64,000 nucleotides of DNA from Desulfatiglandales bacterium (GTDB lineage: Bacteria; Desulfobacterota; DSM-4660; Desulfatiglandales; HGW-15), in NCBI GenBank assembly GCA_963667015.2, contig CAXXJJ010000004.1, forward strand, positions 576,001 through 640,000, in the 5' to 3' direction. Shown here in pieces: positions 23,184-32,712 of this stretch; the stretch's first letter is position 1; every line of letters starts with the position of its first letter. The notes under the pieces were generated by a model. That model saw nothing but the letters and a program-made list of their open reading frames with translations, searched no databases and was not told the origin of the DNA. The position numbers and the translations under genes were made by a program.

Positions 23184-24317
23184 TCAATATAAGGGGCATA
23201 CTACAGTAAAGGTTGTGCCTTCCTCGACAGAGGAAAAAAATGTCACTTTTCCCTTTAATATCTTTTCACCAAGCAGTTTCATGGAGTAGGTCCCGGTGCC
23301 TCTGCCATCCTGCCCCTTTGTACTGAAGTTGCGCTGAAAAATCCTGACTGCCACTTCAGGGGGAATTTCTCCATCATTCCAGACAGAAAACCGCAGTGAT
23401 TCATAAAGCCTTTCCAGAGAAACCCTGATAATCCCTTCTTCATCTGTCGCCTCAAGGGCATTGATAATCATATTGGACAGGACCCTTATAAGCAGAGTCA
23501 CATCCGTGCTGAAGCTGATATCAGGATAATTCTCGGTAAATTCAATCTTTCTATCAAAACACAGGGGATGAGAGCTGAAACATGCCTTAAGCTCCTCAAT
23601 TATTTCCCTGGTAGTTACCTTCTGTAGAACTATCTTATAGTCGGTTGATTCCCCCTGCAAAAGGAATTTCTGAATATCTACCTCCCTTTTAAGCCTCATA
23701 ACCGCCTTTTTAACCATATCGATAAGCTCAGAGGAGGACTCCAGTGCAAGGAGCTCTGTTGCACCGGACAATATACTTATCATATTGTTGAGATCATGAA
23801 AAAATGTCCTCTCAAGGGCCGCTCGATGCATCTGCAGTGTAATATCCTGAAGAAACAACAGAATAAACCTTCTGGTCTCAATATCAATACACTGGGACTT
23901 TACCTTCAGGACCATTTCCACATCGGTATTATTCATTCTTGCTGACAATGCACAGATCTCTTCGGAAGGATTACCTGATTCAATACTTGACACCATGGCG
24001 ATTGCTGCTCCGCAGGTTGAGCAGTACCTGGTTGTGCCGCATCCGGAAGGCTCATCATTACAATGGATACAGTTAAGAATTTCTCCCGGTCTTAAACCCA
24101 GGGATTCTGAAGGATCGTCTATACCGAGCATTTTCAGGAAGGAATCATTAAGGGCAACCACCTGACGGTGTTCATTTACTATGGCAAGCAGGCCGTTGAC
24201 TGAAGTGAGCAGACCGGACATCACCGGGCTGCTGCTTATAATATCTATTTCAGATGCAAGCAGGTTACTGTCAGCTCTTTCAGGTGATGCAAAATATGTT
24301 TCCATGCCGAGTACCAT
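23184..24317 (-). CDS. Sensor histidine kinase with Cys-rich PAS-like input domain
   Basis: FFHDLNN H-box, NMIINALEA N-box, FSTKG..GRGTG; NCIHC..GCG...CSTC. Confidence 0.88.
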   Translation of the reverse strand: MVLGMETYFASPERADSNLLASEIDIISSSPVMSGLLTSVNGLLAIVNEHRQVVALNDSFLKMLGIDDPSESLGLRPGEILNCIHCNDEPSGCGTTRYCSTCGAAIAMVSSIESGNPSEEICALSARMNNTDVEMVLKVKSQCIDIETRRFILLFLQDITLQMHRAALERTFFHDLNNMISILSGATELLALESSSELIDMVKKAVMRLKREVDIQKFLLQGESTDYKIVLQKVTTREIIEELKACFSSHPLCFDRKIEFTENYPDISFSTDVTLLIRVLSNMIINALEATDEEGIIRVSLERLYESLRFSVWNDGEIPPEVAVRIFQRNFSTKGQDGRGTGTYSMKLLGEKILKGKVTFFSSVEEGTTFTVVCPLY

Positions 24318-24359
24318 TGTTATTGAACAAATAATGCAGATAAAACTATAACTTACATA

Positions 24360-24375
24360 TGCTATATCTCTGCCA
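24360..24375 (-). promoter_or_regulatory. sigma54 promoter
   Basis: Minus strand TGGCAG-AGATA-TAGCA (GG-N10-GC) about 43 nt upstream of the kinase start. Confidence 0.45.
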
Positions 24376-24497
24376 AATAAGAAACGCCTATATTTTCTCA
24401 GGATAAGGAAATTGTGTCAAATAATAACAATATAAGTATCGGTCAGCCGGGATTAATAACTTAAATAAATTTTTGATATTTCAGCATACTCCTTCTC

Positions 24498-25580
24498 CTA
24501 CACCTTTGGGACCTTGATCCTTGCATCCCTTTCAAGGCCTGAGACAACTTCAATATTAATACTGTCGGACAGGCCTGTCTCTATATACTTTTTCTCAAAA
24601 TTCTGCGGCGTGTTTTCTATTTCAATAAAGGTTTTATTATCTTTATCAAACTGGAGCACGCTCTCATTAACAGCCAGGACCTGCTCCCTTTTATCCAGCA
24701 CAATGCTTGCAGTAGCACTGTACCCGGCCCTCACAAAAATGTTCTCAACAAGTTCAACCTTTGCCCTTATCGGGAAAAGTATGGTGCCGTTCTCCTCAAC
24801 CCCCTTTGGTGAAATATGTTCGAGAGTGGCTTTAAAACTGACGTCCTCTATAGCGCCGATGGTTATCAAAAGCTCCATTCCGATTTTAATCTTGCCTATC
24901 TCCGTTTCATCAAGTTTGCCTTCAAAAATCAGGTCACTCATATCAGCCACAGTAGCAATAGTTGATCCGGCATTAAAAGAATTGCTCTGTATTACAGTGT
25001 CACCGATTTCAACAGGAACATCCAGGATCATTCCGTCCATTGTTGACCTTATGAGCGTATTGGTTGTTGTCGTGTTTTTAGCAACACCTTTTTTAATTAT
25101 CTGAAGATTATTTTCAGCGGCTTCATACTCTGATTTTGCATTTTTGTAGTCAGCTTCGCTGTTATGGTAGTCCTGTTCCGGAGTTATGCCTTCGGTATAG
25201 GTTTCCTTCTGTCGTTCATACTTCCATTTTTTATTATCCAGGTTTATTTTTGCCTGCCTCACCCTTGCTTCCGCCGAGTTAAGCTCCTTCATTTCAGGAA
25301 TAACCTGGACCTTTGCAATAAGGTCATCTCTTTTTACCATCTCTCCTGATTCCACATATATTTCCTGGATAATGCCCGGCACCTGAGGCTTTATCTCTAC
25401 TTCCTTGCGCGGCTTGATGGAACCGGTTGCAACAGTTTTTTTTATGATATCGGTAACAATAGGCTGTTTTATTTCATATACTACAGGAGCTTTTTTTTCT
25501 TTCGCTGCAAGGTATGTAAAAAGATATGCGCCACCTCCCAGCAGGATAATTACAACCAGAACAGTCAATATTCTTTTCAT
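24498..25580 (-). CDS. Periplasmic adaptor (MacA-like membrane fusion protein)
   Basis: N-terminal TM, VATGSI.P, IRSTMDGMIL, DETEIGKIK.G, TGLSD. Confidence 0.9.
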   Translation of the reverse strand: MKRILTVLVVIILLGGGAYLFTYLAAKEKKAPVVYEIKQPIVTDIIKKTVATGSIKPRKEVEIKPQVPGIIQEIYVESGEMVKRDDLIAKVQVIPEMKELNSAEARVRQAKINLDNKKWKYERQKETYTEGITPEQDYHNSEADYKNAKSEYEAAENNLQIIKKGVAKNTTTTNTLIRSTMDGMILDVPVEIGDTVIQSNSFNAGSTIATVADMSDLIFEGKLDETEIGKIKIGMELLITIGAIEDVSFKATLEHISPKGVEENGTILFPIRAKVELVENIFVRAGYSATASIVLDKREQVLAVNESVLQFDKDNKTFIEIENTPQNFEKKYIETGLSDSINIEVVSGLERDARIKVPKV

Positions 25581-25598
25581 TTTATTCCTTCCTTATAA

Positions 25599-26861
25599 TC
25601 AGATTTCAGATCTTAATGCATCTATAGGTTTTATGCTTACTGCCCGCTTTGCCGGAAGCAGTCCGGCGATAGCACCGGAGACAACAAGTATTGCGAGTGC
25701 CAGCAGGGCGACTTTTATATCCACCTCGGGGTTATAAAAATAGAAAGTCCGGACATCTAATTTTCTGAGTAAAAATGCAGCCAGTTCAACAAGTCCGATA
25801 GACAGAAGCAGCCCCATGTATCCAGCAGCAGTGTTTAGAAAAATTGATTCAGTAATAATCTGCCTTATTATTCTCCAGGGTGTGGCACCGAGCGCCCTCT
25901 GCACACCTATCTCCTTGGTTCTCTCCCTTACAACAACAAGCATTATATTGCTTGTACCTACAACTCCTGCAAAAAGAGTCAGCGTTCCTACAAACCATGA
26001 AAGAAAAGATATACCGGTAAAGAGGACATTTACCTCTTTAACCTGTTCCTCTACATTATCAGTGCCAAAGGCAAGTTTGTCATCAGGAGAAACCCTGTGC
26101 CGCTTTGCAAGCAGCTTTTTCATTTTTTCTTCAATAACCTTTGTAGAAATCCCGTCCTTTGAAAGAACCGAATAATACCCGACCCTGTTCCCCATGTTCT
26201 GGGTATGCTGCATGGTAGAGAATGGCATGAAGATAGTTTTATTATCCTGGTCACCACCATTATCAGGAGGACGCCTTGATTTGAATACACCTGCCACCTG
26301 ATAGTAGATACCGCTTACTTTCAGGAAATCACCTACAGGATCTTCATCAGGCTCATACAGTATTTCACGTACTCTTTCACCTATAATGATTATCTTTCTT
26401 TTAAGCTTGAGGTCCTTTTCATTGATGAATCGCCCGGCGGAAATGTCGAGCGGCTGTATTTTAAGGTAACCCGGAGTGTCGCCGACAATCCTGAAATTGT
26501 CGCTTCTGTTGTCTCTTGATATCTCTACATCCCCGCCGCGTCCGCTTGCCCTGGGGGCCAGCACTTCAATCTCAGGAATATTATCACGGATCGCCTGTGT
26601 ATCATCATCGGTAAAACTCCACCAGCGGCCCTTGTCAAATCCTTCGTAGGGAATAGTAGTCGACCTCGTCCATATGTACATGCTGTTAAGGGCCATATCG
26701 CCCAATCCGTAAAAGACTCCGTTTTTAAGGCCGTTACCGGCGCCCAGCATTACAACAAGCATGAATATGCCCCAGAATACTCCAAAACCTGTAAGCAGCG
26801 TACGTGTCTTATTCTTTTTAAGTATATGAAAAACCTCCTGCCAGAGGTCACGATCTATCAT
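25599..26861 (-). CDS. MacB/FtsX-type ABC permease
   Basis: RTLLTGFGVFWG, NIMLVVVRERTKEIGVQRALGA, PAKRA..IKPIDALR. Confidence 0.92.
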   Translation of the reverse strand: MIDRDLWQEVFHILKKNKTRTLLTGFGVFWGIFMLVVMLGAGNGLKNGVFYGLGDMALNSMYIWTRSTTIPYEGFDKGRWWSFTDDDTQAIRDNIPEIEVLAPRASGRGGDVEISRDNRSDNFRIVGDTPGYLKIQPLDISAGRFINEKDLKLKRKIIIIGERVREILYEPDEDPVGDFLKVSGIYYQVAGVFKSRRPPDNGGDQDNKTIFMPFSTMQHTQNMGNRVGYYSVLSKDGISTKVIEEKMKKLLAKRHRVSPDDKLAFGTDNVEEQVKEVNVLFTGISFLSWFVGTLTLFAGVVGTSNIMLVVVRERTKEIGVQRALGATPWRIIRQIITESIFLNTAAGYMGLLLSIGLVELAAFLLRKLDVRTFYFYNPEVDIKVALLALAILVVSGAIAGLLPAKRAVSIKPIDALRSEI

Positions 26862-26863
26862 AA

Positions 26864-28096
26864 TTATTCATCCCTCAATGCCACAATCGGTTTAATTTTT
26901 GCTGCCTTGCGCGCAGGGAAAAATCCTGCAAGAAGCCCTGCAACGATAAGCAGGATAGTAGCGCTTACAGCAATAGTCATATTTACCTCAGGATTATAAA
27001 AGTATTCGTTTTTTGGCATTACTCTTCTTATAAATTCCAGCAGCCCGGTACCGCCAAGAAGCCCTATAAATCCGGAGGCGGATGTTATAAGAACAGCTTC
27101 CTGCATTATCATCCCTATAATTGAGACAGGTCTTGCTCCAATGGCCTTCCTGATGCCTATTTCCCTGGTACGCTCCTTTACAACAATGGTCATAATATTG
27201 CTTACACCTACAATACCCGCCACAATGGTCATAATACCTATTACCCACACAAAAAGCCTTATGGAATCAAACAGGGTCATCATCCTGGAGAGCCTTTCAA
27301 TACTGTTTGAAATAAAAATAGCCCTGTCATCTTCAGGGTCAAATTTATGTATTTTTGCTATTTGTTTGCGGATACGCTTCTCAATTTCCTGTGATTCTTC
27401 CACTGAGGACGATACAGGTATTGTTAAGGCCATATTTGATATGCGCTTTGTCCCTCCATAAAGCAGCTGTGCTGTTGTAATAGGCAGGACAATTACCTTG
27501 TTGTCGCTGTTCTGGTTTTTTGACTTGAAAACGGCAATAACTCTTGCGTAAAAACCATTTATGATAATGTATTCTCCAATAGATTTATCAGTGCCGAAAA
27601 GTTCTTCTTCAACTTCCTGCGTGATAGCGACAACCTTGCGTTTTTCAGAAATATCATATTCGTTGAAGTTTCTGCCTTTAACGATTTCTTCTTTATTTAT
27701 ATAGGCATAATCAGGATGCACAGACACAACCTGATATTTTACAGACTTTCCCTTGTATGCCACATAACCCTGACCGGGAATACTGTACTGTGATGTGATA
27801 AGCTCAACTTCGGGCATGCTTTTAACCTGATCATAGTCATCATTATCAAGCCCTATATAACGCCCCTGCTTAAAACCTTCAAAAGGCTTTGTGGTTTTTC
27901 CGCCCCAGATTCTCATGCTGTTTACAAGAGATCTTTCAAAATTAAGCCCCATGGCGTTTTCAAGCCCATTGCCCGATCCAAGCAGTATTATCAGCATAAA
28001 AATACCCCATGCCACGCTGAATCCGGTGAGAAATGCGCGGAGCTTGTTTTTACCCAGCGTACTGAATATTTCCTCCCACGTGTCCAGACCTAACAT
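26864..28096 (-). CDS. MacB/FtsX-type ABC permease
   Basis: NKLRAFLTG, SNIMTIVVKERTREIGIRKAIGA, PARKAAKIKPIVALR. Confidence 0.92.
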   Translation of the reverse strand: MLGLDTWEEIFSTLGKNKLRAFLTGFSVAWGIFMLIILLGSGNGLENAMGLNFERSLVNSMRIWGGKTTKPFEGFKQGRYIGLDNDDYDQVKSMPEVELITSQYSIPGQGYVAYKGKSVKYQVVSVHPDYAYINKEEIVKGRNFNEYDISEKRKVVAITQEVEEELFGTDKSIGEYIIINGFYARVIAVFKSKNQNSDNKVIVLPITTAQLLYGGTKRISNMALTIPVSSSVEESQEIEKRIRKQIAKIHKFDPEDDRAIFISNSIERLSRMMTLFDSIRLFVWVIGIMTIVAGIVGVSNIMTIVVKERTREIGIRKAIGARPVSIIGMIMQEAVLITSASGFIGLLGGTGLLEFIRRVMPKNEYFYNPEVNMTIAVSATILLIVAGLLAGFFPARKAAKIKPIVALRDE

Positions 28097-28779
28097 TCTC
28101 TACCCTCTAGACCATCCTCTTCAATCAGGCCGTCCTTTAACCTTACAATTCTTTTTGTCATCAGAGATATGTCTTTCTCATGGGTGACAATAACAATGGT
28201 TACACCTTCTTTGTTAATCTCCTGAAGAAGTTTCATAACCTCCAGCGAGGTTTGGCTGTCCAGTGCCCCTGTGGGCTCATCAGCAACTATTATCCTCGGC
28301 TTTGTGATCATGGCCCTTGCTATTGCTATCCTCTGTTTCTGACCGCCGGACAGCTCATTGGGAGTATGATCTGCCCACTCCTTAAGACCAAGTTTATCAA
28401 GATACTCCATTGCAATCAGGTTGCGTTTTTTTCTGTTTATTTTCTGGTAATAAAGCGGAAGAGCCACATTTTCCAAAGCATTTTTAAAGCTGATAAGATT
28501 AAAGGACTGAAATACAAAACCAATCATCCTGTTGCGGAAATATGCGGCCTTTTTTTCGGTGAGGTTCATAATATGAGTCCCGCCAAGCCAGTATCCGCCG
28601 CTGTCGTAATTATCAAGAATACCGATGATATTAAGCAGGGTGGACTTACCTGAACCGGATGAACCCATAATTGAAACAAACTCACCTTCTTCTATTTCCA
28701 GATCAATACCTTTGAGTACATGAAGAGGACTTCCGCTGAAATAACTCTTATTAATATTTTCCAGTTTAACCATATACAT
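28090..28779 (-). CDS. ABC transporter ATP-binding protein (LolD/MacB-like)
   Basis: GSSGSGKST, LSGGQKQR, ADEPTGALD, VTHE. Confidence 0.95.
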   Translation of the reverse strand: MYMVKLENINKSYFSGSPLHVLKGIDLEIEEGEFVSIMGSSGSGKSTLLNIIGILDNYDSGGYWLGGTHIMNLTEKKAAYFRNRMIGFVFQSFNLISFKNALENVALPLYYQKINRKKRNLIAMEYLDKLGLKEWADHTPNELSGGQKQRIAIARAMITKPRIIVADEPTGALDSQTSLEVMKLLQEINKEGVTIVIVTHEKDISLMTKRIVRLKDGLIEEDGLEGREC

Positions 28780-29072
28780 TTCCCTGTATGAAGCCAGATG
28801 AATCTGAGTTTATTAATTTTTGTCGGAGGAGAATGAACAACACAGCCCTATAAAGATTCATTGCTCAGACTCTCGGTGTGTTGATTCATTCCAGGATTTT
28901 CAAATAGTGATAGCAGAAACCATCCTTTAGTATCTATTGTTAGACAAAAAATACTAAATTTTGTTCAATTTTTATATCGCTTATAAAGCAGAAACTATAT
29001 GATGGGTTATAAAACACAGGATTGGTCTTTTGTCAAAAAAATTGATGGGTATTATTTACATCCGGAAAACAG

Positions 29073-29690
29073 TTATCGGTAATCGGATTTCACATTTATT
29101 TTATTCTTTTTAAGCCAGTTATAAAGATTTGGAGTTGTTGTTTTATATTTTCTTGCAATAAAGGCCTTGGTTGATCCGTTTTTAAGGAGGGTAATTATTT
29201 CATCCCTGTTTTTATCAAGCTTTGATTTTCCTGGGCCTTCCGGTCGCCCCAGCCTGACACCGGCCTTTTTTCTTTCCGTCAGGGCCTTTTTTGTCCGCTG
29301 ACTCACAAATTCTTTTTCAAGTTCTGAAAAAAATGAAAACATGGAAACCATGGTTTCCTGATGCATATCTTGATTGTTTAATTCAAATCCATCTTTTACA
29401 GAAAAGATATTAATCTCCCTTTCAACAGCTGTTTTTAGAATTTCAAGCACCTCAAGGCTGGATCTGCCAAGCCTGGTCAATTGAGGGATAATGATCCTGT
29501 CCCCGGATTTCAGACTGAAAATTATTTTACCTATTTTTCTCAGCTTCCAGTCTTTTGCCTGATCTGCAGGTTCTTCAACAAACATCACATTTCCAAATTT
29601 TTTCTGTTTTGCATATTTTAATATATCAATTCTTTCTACCCCTGATATGCCCAACCTGAAATAGCCGATATTTACCGGATCTCTGCCCAT
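29073..29690 (-). CDS. Serine recombinase (resolvase) family protein with C-terminal HTH; catalytic Ser absent
   Basis: GD.III..LTRLGRS, SELEKEFVSQRTK.AL..RK.AGVRLGRP, HTH; YxRVS motif reads YFRLG. Confidence 0.8.
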   Translation of the reverse strand: MGRDPVNIGYFRLGISGVERIDILKYAKQKKFGNVMFVEEPADQAKDWKLRKIGKIIFSLKSGDRIIIPQLTRLGRSSLEVLEILKTAVEREINIFSVKDGFELNNQDMHQETMVSMFSFFSELEKEFVSQRTKKALTERKKAGVRLGRPEGPGKSKLDKNRDEIITLLKNGSTKAFIARKYKTTTPNLYNWLKKNKINVKSDYR

Positions 29691-30098
29691 ACATAAAATT
29701 CCTGAAAAACATAAAGTAAAACTTGAAAATTAATTTTAAAAACCAATAAATTTAACCATTAGGACATTTTATCTATTCTTTATTTTTTCTCAAAATATAG
29801 GATAAACTGCACATTTAAAATAATCTTAAACCGCTTTACTCAGGCGCCTGCACCCACAAAGAGAATAAATATAATCAATACAAGACACTACACTTTCATA
29901 AATTTTTTATCAAACGTTTTCTTTTTACTATATCAACTTAAAACGTATATTTATACTTAATATATTTTGGGAAATTTTTACATATAATAATGCACAATAA
30001 CTGGTCATAATACCACCTGCAGTTTTCCCGCAGGTCAAAGCAATCTGCTTTTCAAATATCATTTTTTTCAAGACAAAAGACATGGACAGGAAACATCC

Positions 30099-30126
30099 TT
30101 GATTGTGGCACCTCTTTTAGTATAAT
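30099..30126 (+). promoter_or_regulatory. sigma70 promoter
   Basis: TTGATT-N16-TATAAT about 210 nt upstream of ATG 30339. Confidence 0.5.
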
Positions 30127-30338
30127 ATTCAGAATCGATAGTCGATACACCTCAATCCGTATATCCTGATAAAAAGCAGCTCGTCCCGTTAGGTAAAGCA
30201 GCAGGGGAATGGTTATCGGGAGGGCGTATTAAACTGGAATTAGAGGGCTAATTCACTGGCTGATATGGAATGCTTCCGGCCTATGTCTTTGTTGACGGTG
30301 TTGGAAAACGGATATATATCATCTGAGGACTGCAGACA

Positions 30339-30566
30339 ATGAGTGAGAATGTAAATAAAGAAATGAGATTCGGTGTTGTTGCTATAAATAAGGGATATGT
30401 AACACCTGAACAGGTAATTGAAGCACTAAATATTCAGGTAAAGGAAGATATTTCAGCAGGAAGGCATCGAAGGATCGGGGCAATACTGCTTGAACTGGGC
30501 CTCCTGACAGATATACAGATTGCTGATGTCCTGAAAGAACTGGAAAAACAGATTGATAACAACTGA
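30339..30566 (+). CDS. Stand-alone MshEN-like (putative c-di-GMP-binding) protein
   Basis: Tandem motifs RFGVVAINKGYVTPEQVIEALNIQ and RIGAILLELGLLTDIQIADVL. Confidence 0.7.
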   Translation: MSENVNKEMRFGVVAINKGYVTPEQVIEALNIQVKEDISAGRHRRIGAILLELGLLTDIQIADVLKELEKQIDNN

Positions 30567-30655
30567 TAGGTTATAAGGCTTTTAACCACTGCTCATTTAC
30601 CGGATACTTCTAAAACCACCGACCTGACAACTGTTTTTTAACCGAGGTTGAAAAA

Positions 30656-31429
30656 ATGCTTCTTGCAGCAGACAATATACGGATAACCAGCAGTATAATA
30701 GAAAAATCCCTTGACCGCCAGGATGCATTACCCCTTCAGAAATTGGTGACGCAAATACAGGGCGCTGGAGCTATTGATATAAATACCGGTCCATTGAAAT
30801 CCCGCACTGAAGAAAAAATGGAATTTCTTATTTTTTCGATTCAGGAGGTGACTGATCTGCCGGTCATTCTCGACACCACAAATCCACAGGCTATAAGGAA
30901 AGGGTTAAGTATAAGTAAAAACAGGGTAATCATTAACGGATTTTCTCTTGAACATGATAAACTTGAAAAAATACTTCCCCTTGCAGCAGAATTTGATGTA
31001 GACATCATTGGCTACCTGTTGGATTCAAATGGCCTGCCGCCGTTCGATACCCAGGACAGACTCAACATTGCAGTAGATCTATATAAGATATGCCGGGAAT
31101 CAGGAGTTGCTGAAGAGAGGCTGATAATTGATCCAGTTGTCTCGCCCCTTCTCTGGAATGACGGTGCAGTCAGAAATATGGAGCTGTTGAACATACTGGG
31201 ACTTCTTCCCGACATTCTGGGATTTCCAGTTAAAACAATAGCAGGTCTTTCAAACCTGACAAGCGGAATAAAGGATATGCATAAGAGGATTATTCTACAG
31301 GAGGCGTACCTTTCGATGCTCTCTGCCTCAGGACTTTCCATTTTGCTCATGGATATGCTCAACAGACATCTTGTAGAGATGGCACAGACATGCAACTTAC
31401 TGACAGGTGAAAAACCTTTCTGTGTATAA
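30656..31429 (+). CDS. Pterin-binding (DHPS-fold) protein, methyltetrahydrofolate:corrinoid methyltransferase-like
   Basis: AIDIN.G, LDTTNP, IINGFS, IIDPVV, AGLSNLTSG. Confidence 0.8.
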   Translation: MLLAADNIRITSSIIEKSLDRQDALPLQKLVTQIQGAGAIDINTGPLKSRTEEKMEFLIFSIQEVTDLPVILDTTNPQAIRKGLSISKNRVIINGFSLEHDKLEKILPLAAEFDVDIIGYLLDSNGLPPFDTQDRLNIAVDLYKICRESGVAEERLIIDPVVSPLLWNDGAVRNMELLNILGLLPDILGFPVKTIAGLSNLTSGIKDMHKRIILQEAYLSMLSASGLSILLMDMLNRHLVEMAQTCNLLTGEKPFCV

Positions 31430-31619
31430 ATTATACATTATGTAAATTTATTATATATTGTATTAAAAAAAATATCCCGTTCTTTATTTCCGTCTTGTGT
31501 AACGTAAAAAAATCTATTATACATAGTTTATATTCAGAAAATGCTCATTTTTATCAATTTCCGTTTTTTTCAGCCAGATTCACACTGAACAGGTATCAAA
31601 CTATTTTACGGAGGAATAA

Positions 31620-32489
31620 ATGATTAAAAAAGTAATAGCTGTTTTTTCAATAGTCCTGCTGTGCATTTCCATAAACAGTTGTTCAACAACAAAAGTATGT
31701 GACAGGGAATGCCTCAAGGGTTTCATAACCCAGTATCTCGATGCACTTTTAGCCCAGAACCCGGATATCCTGCCTGTTTCTTCAGATGTAAAATTTACCG
31801 AAGACTGTAAGGAATTGAAGATTGGAGAAGGGCTCTGGAAGAGCAAAATCAAACTCACAGATTACAGAAGAGATATTATTGATATCAAAGAAGGAACTGC
31901 AATATCATTCCTGGTGATCGAAGAAAAAGATACTCCGGTCTTCTTTGTCATGAGACTGAAGGTCCAGGATCAGAAAATCACTGAAATTGAATCAAGTGTA
32001 GTTAGAGGTAAAGAAGAAGGAATGCTTTTTGATCCAAGCAATCTCAAGACAATAAGCAAAGAGATGGCCTATGTTCCCAAAAAGGAGCAGCTCAATACCC
32101 GGGAAGAAATGATCAAGATGGCAATTACATATCCCGAGGGTTTGAAAGTGGGAAGTTTTGTAAAAGTGGATTCGCCAATGGCAGATGATGCATACAGATA
32201 TGAAAACGGCCAGCTTATGGCAGGTCCGGGCTGTACCTTCTTTAAGGGCTGCGACAATATGAAGACACAGACGATACCTACCCTTGCAGGAATCAAATAT
32301 AAAGTTCTGGCTGTTGACGAAGAAATGGGTGTTGTTGCCATTCGTATGAATTTTGGCCCTGGTTCTCTCTTTTCCGGTCAGGGCGAACTTGATGTATGGC
32401 ATTCATTCAAGATTTACGACGGCCTGATACATTCGGCAGAAGCATATTGTGAAAAAGTCCCACCCGGAACGCCATTCGGGTGGGAATAG
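31620..32489 (+). CDS. Putative lipoprotein of unknown function
   Basis: Lipobox-like INSC after a hydrophobic signal; CDRECL....YLDAL; two similar halves (KFTED / RYENG). Confidence 0.75.
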   Translation: MIKKVIAVFSIVLLCISINSCSTTKVCDRECLKGFITQYLDALLAQNPDILPVSSDVKFTEDCKELKIGEGLWKSKIKLTDYRRDIIDIKEGTAISFLVIEEKDTPVFFVMRLKVQDQKITEIESSVVRGKEEGMLFDPSNLKTISKEMAYVPKKEQLNTREEMIKMAITYPEGLKVGSFVKVDSPMADDAYRYENGQLMAGPGCTFFKGCDNMKTQTIPTLAGIKYKVLAVDEEMGVVAIRMNFGPGSLFSGQGELDVWHSFKIYDGLIHSAEAYCEKVPPGTPFGWE

Positions 32490-32591
32490 TACAGGGATTC
32501 CCGGGGCCCTATACCGGCAGTTATCTTCGGATGATATTTTCATCCGGAAAAGAGTATCAAGATCACTGTAATAGCAGGTATTCATTGATCA

Positions 32592-32619
32592 TTGACACCC
32601 TGATTATCTCTGGTATAGT
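32592..32619 (+). promoter_or_regulatory. sigma70 promoter with extended -10
   Basis: TTGACA-N16-TATAGT with TG upstream of the -10. Confidence 0.5.
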
Positions 32620-32712
32620 ATCCGGGTTCCTCAATATATAGTTGGCCATTTTAAGCAGCGGTTTTTCGGCCTTAAAATGATATTAACCTGTTATCAATCA
32701 AGGAGTTAACTA

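Noticed and set aside
29073..30100. Active transposon or integrative element around the resolvase
   Set aside because: No transposase, terminal repeats or att sites seen; catalytic Ser missing
30127..30338. c-di-GMP-I (GEMM) riboswitch call
   Set aside because: Only a P2-like TCCGGCCTA..GG segment matches; no GNRA-capped P1 or GCAAA motifs, so it is reported as an unknown structure
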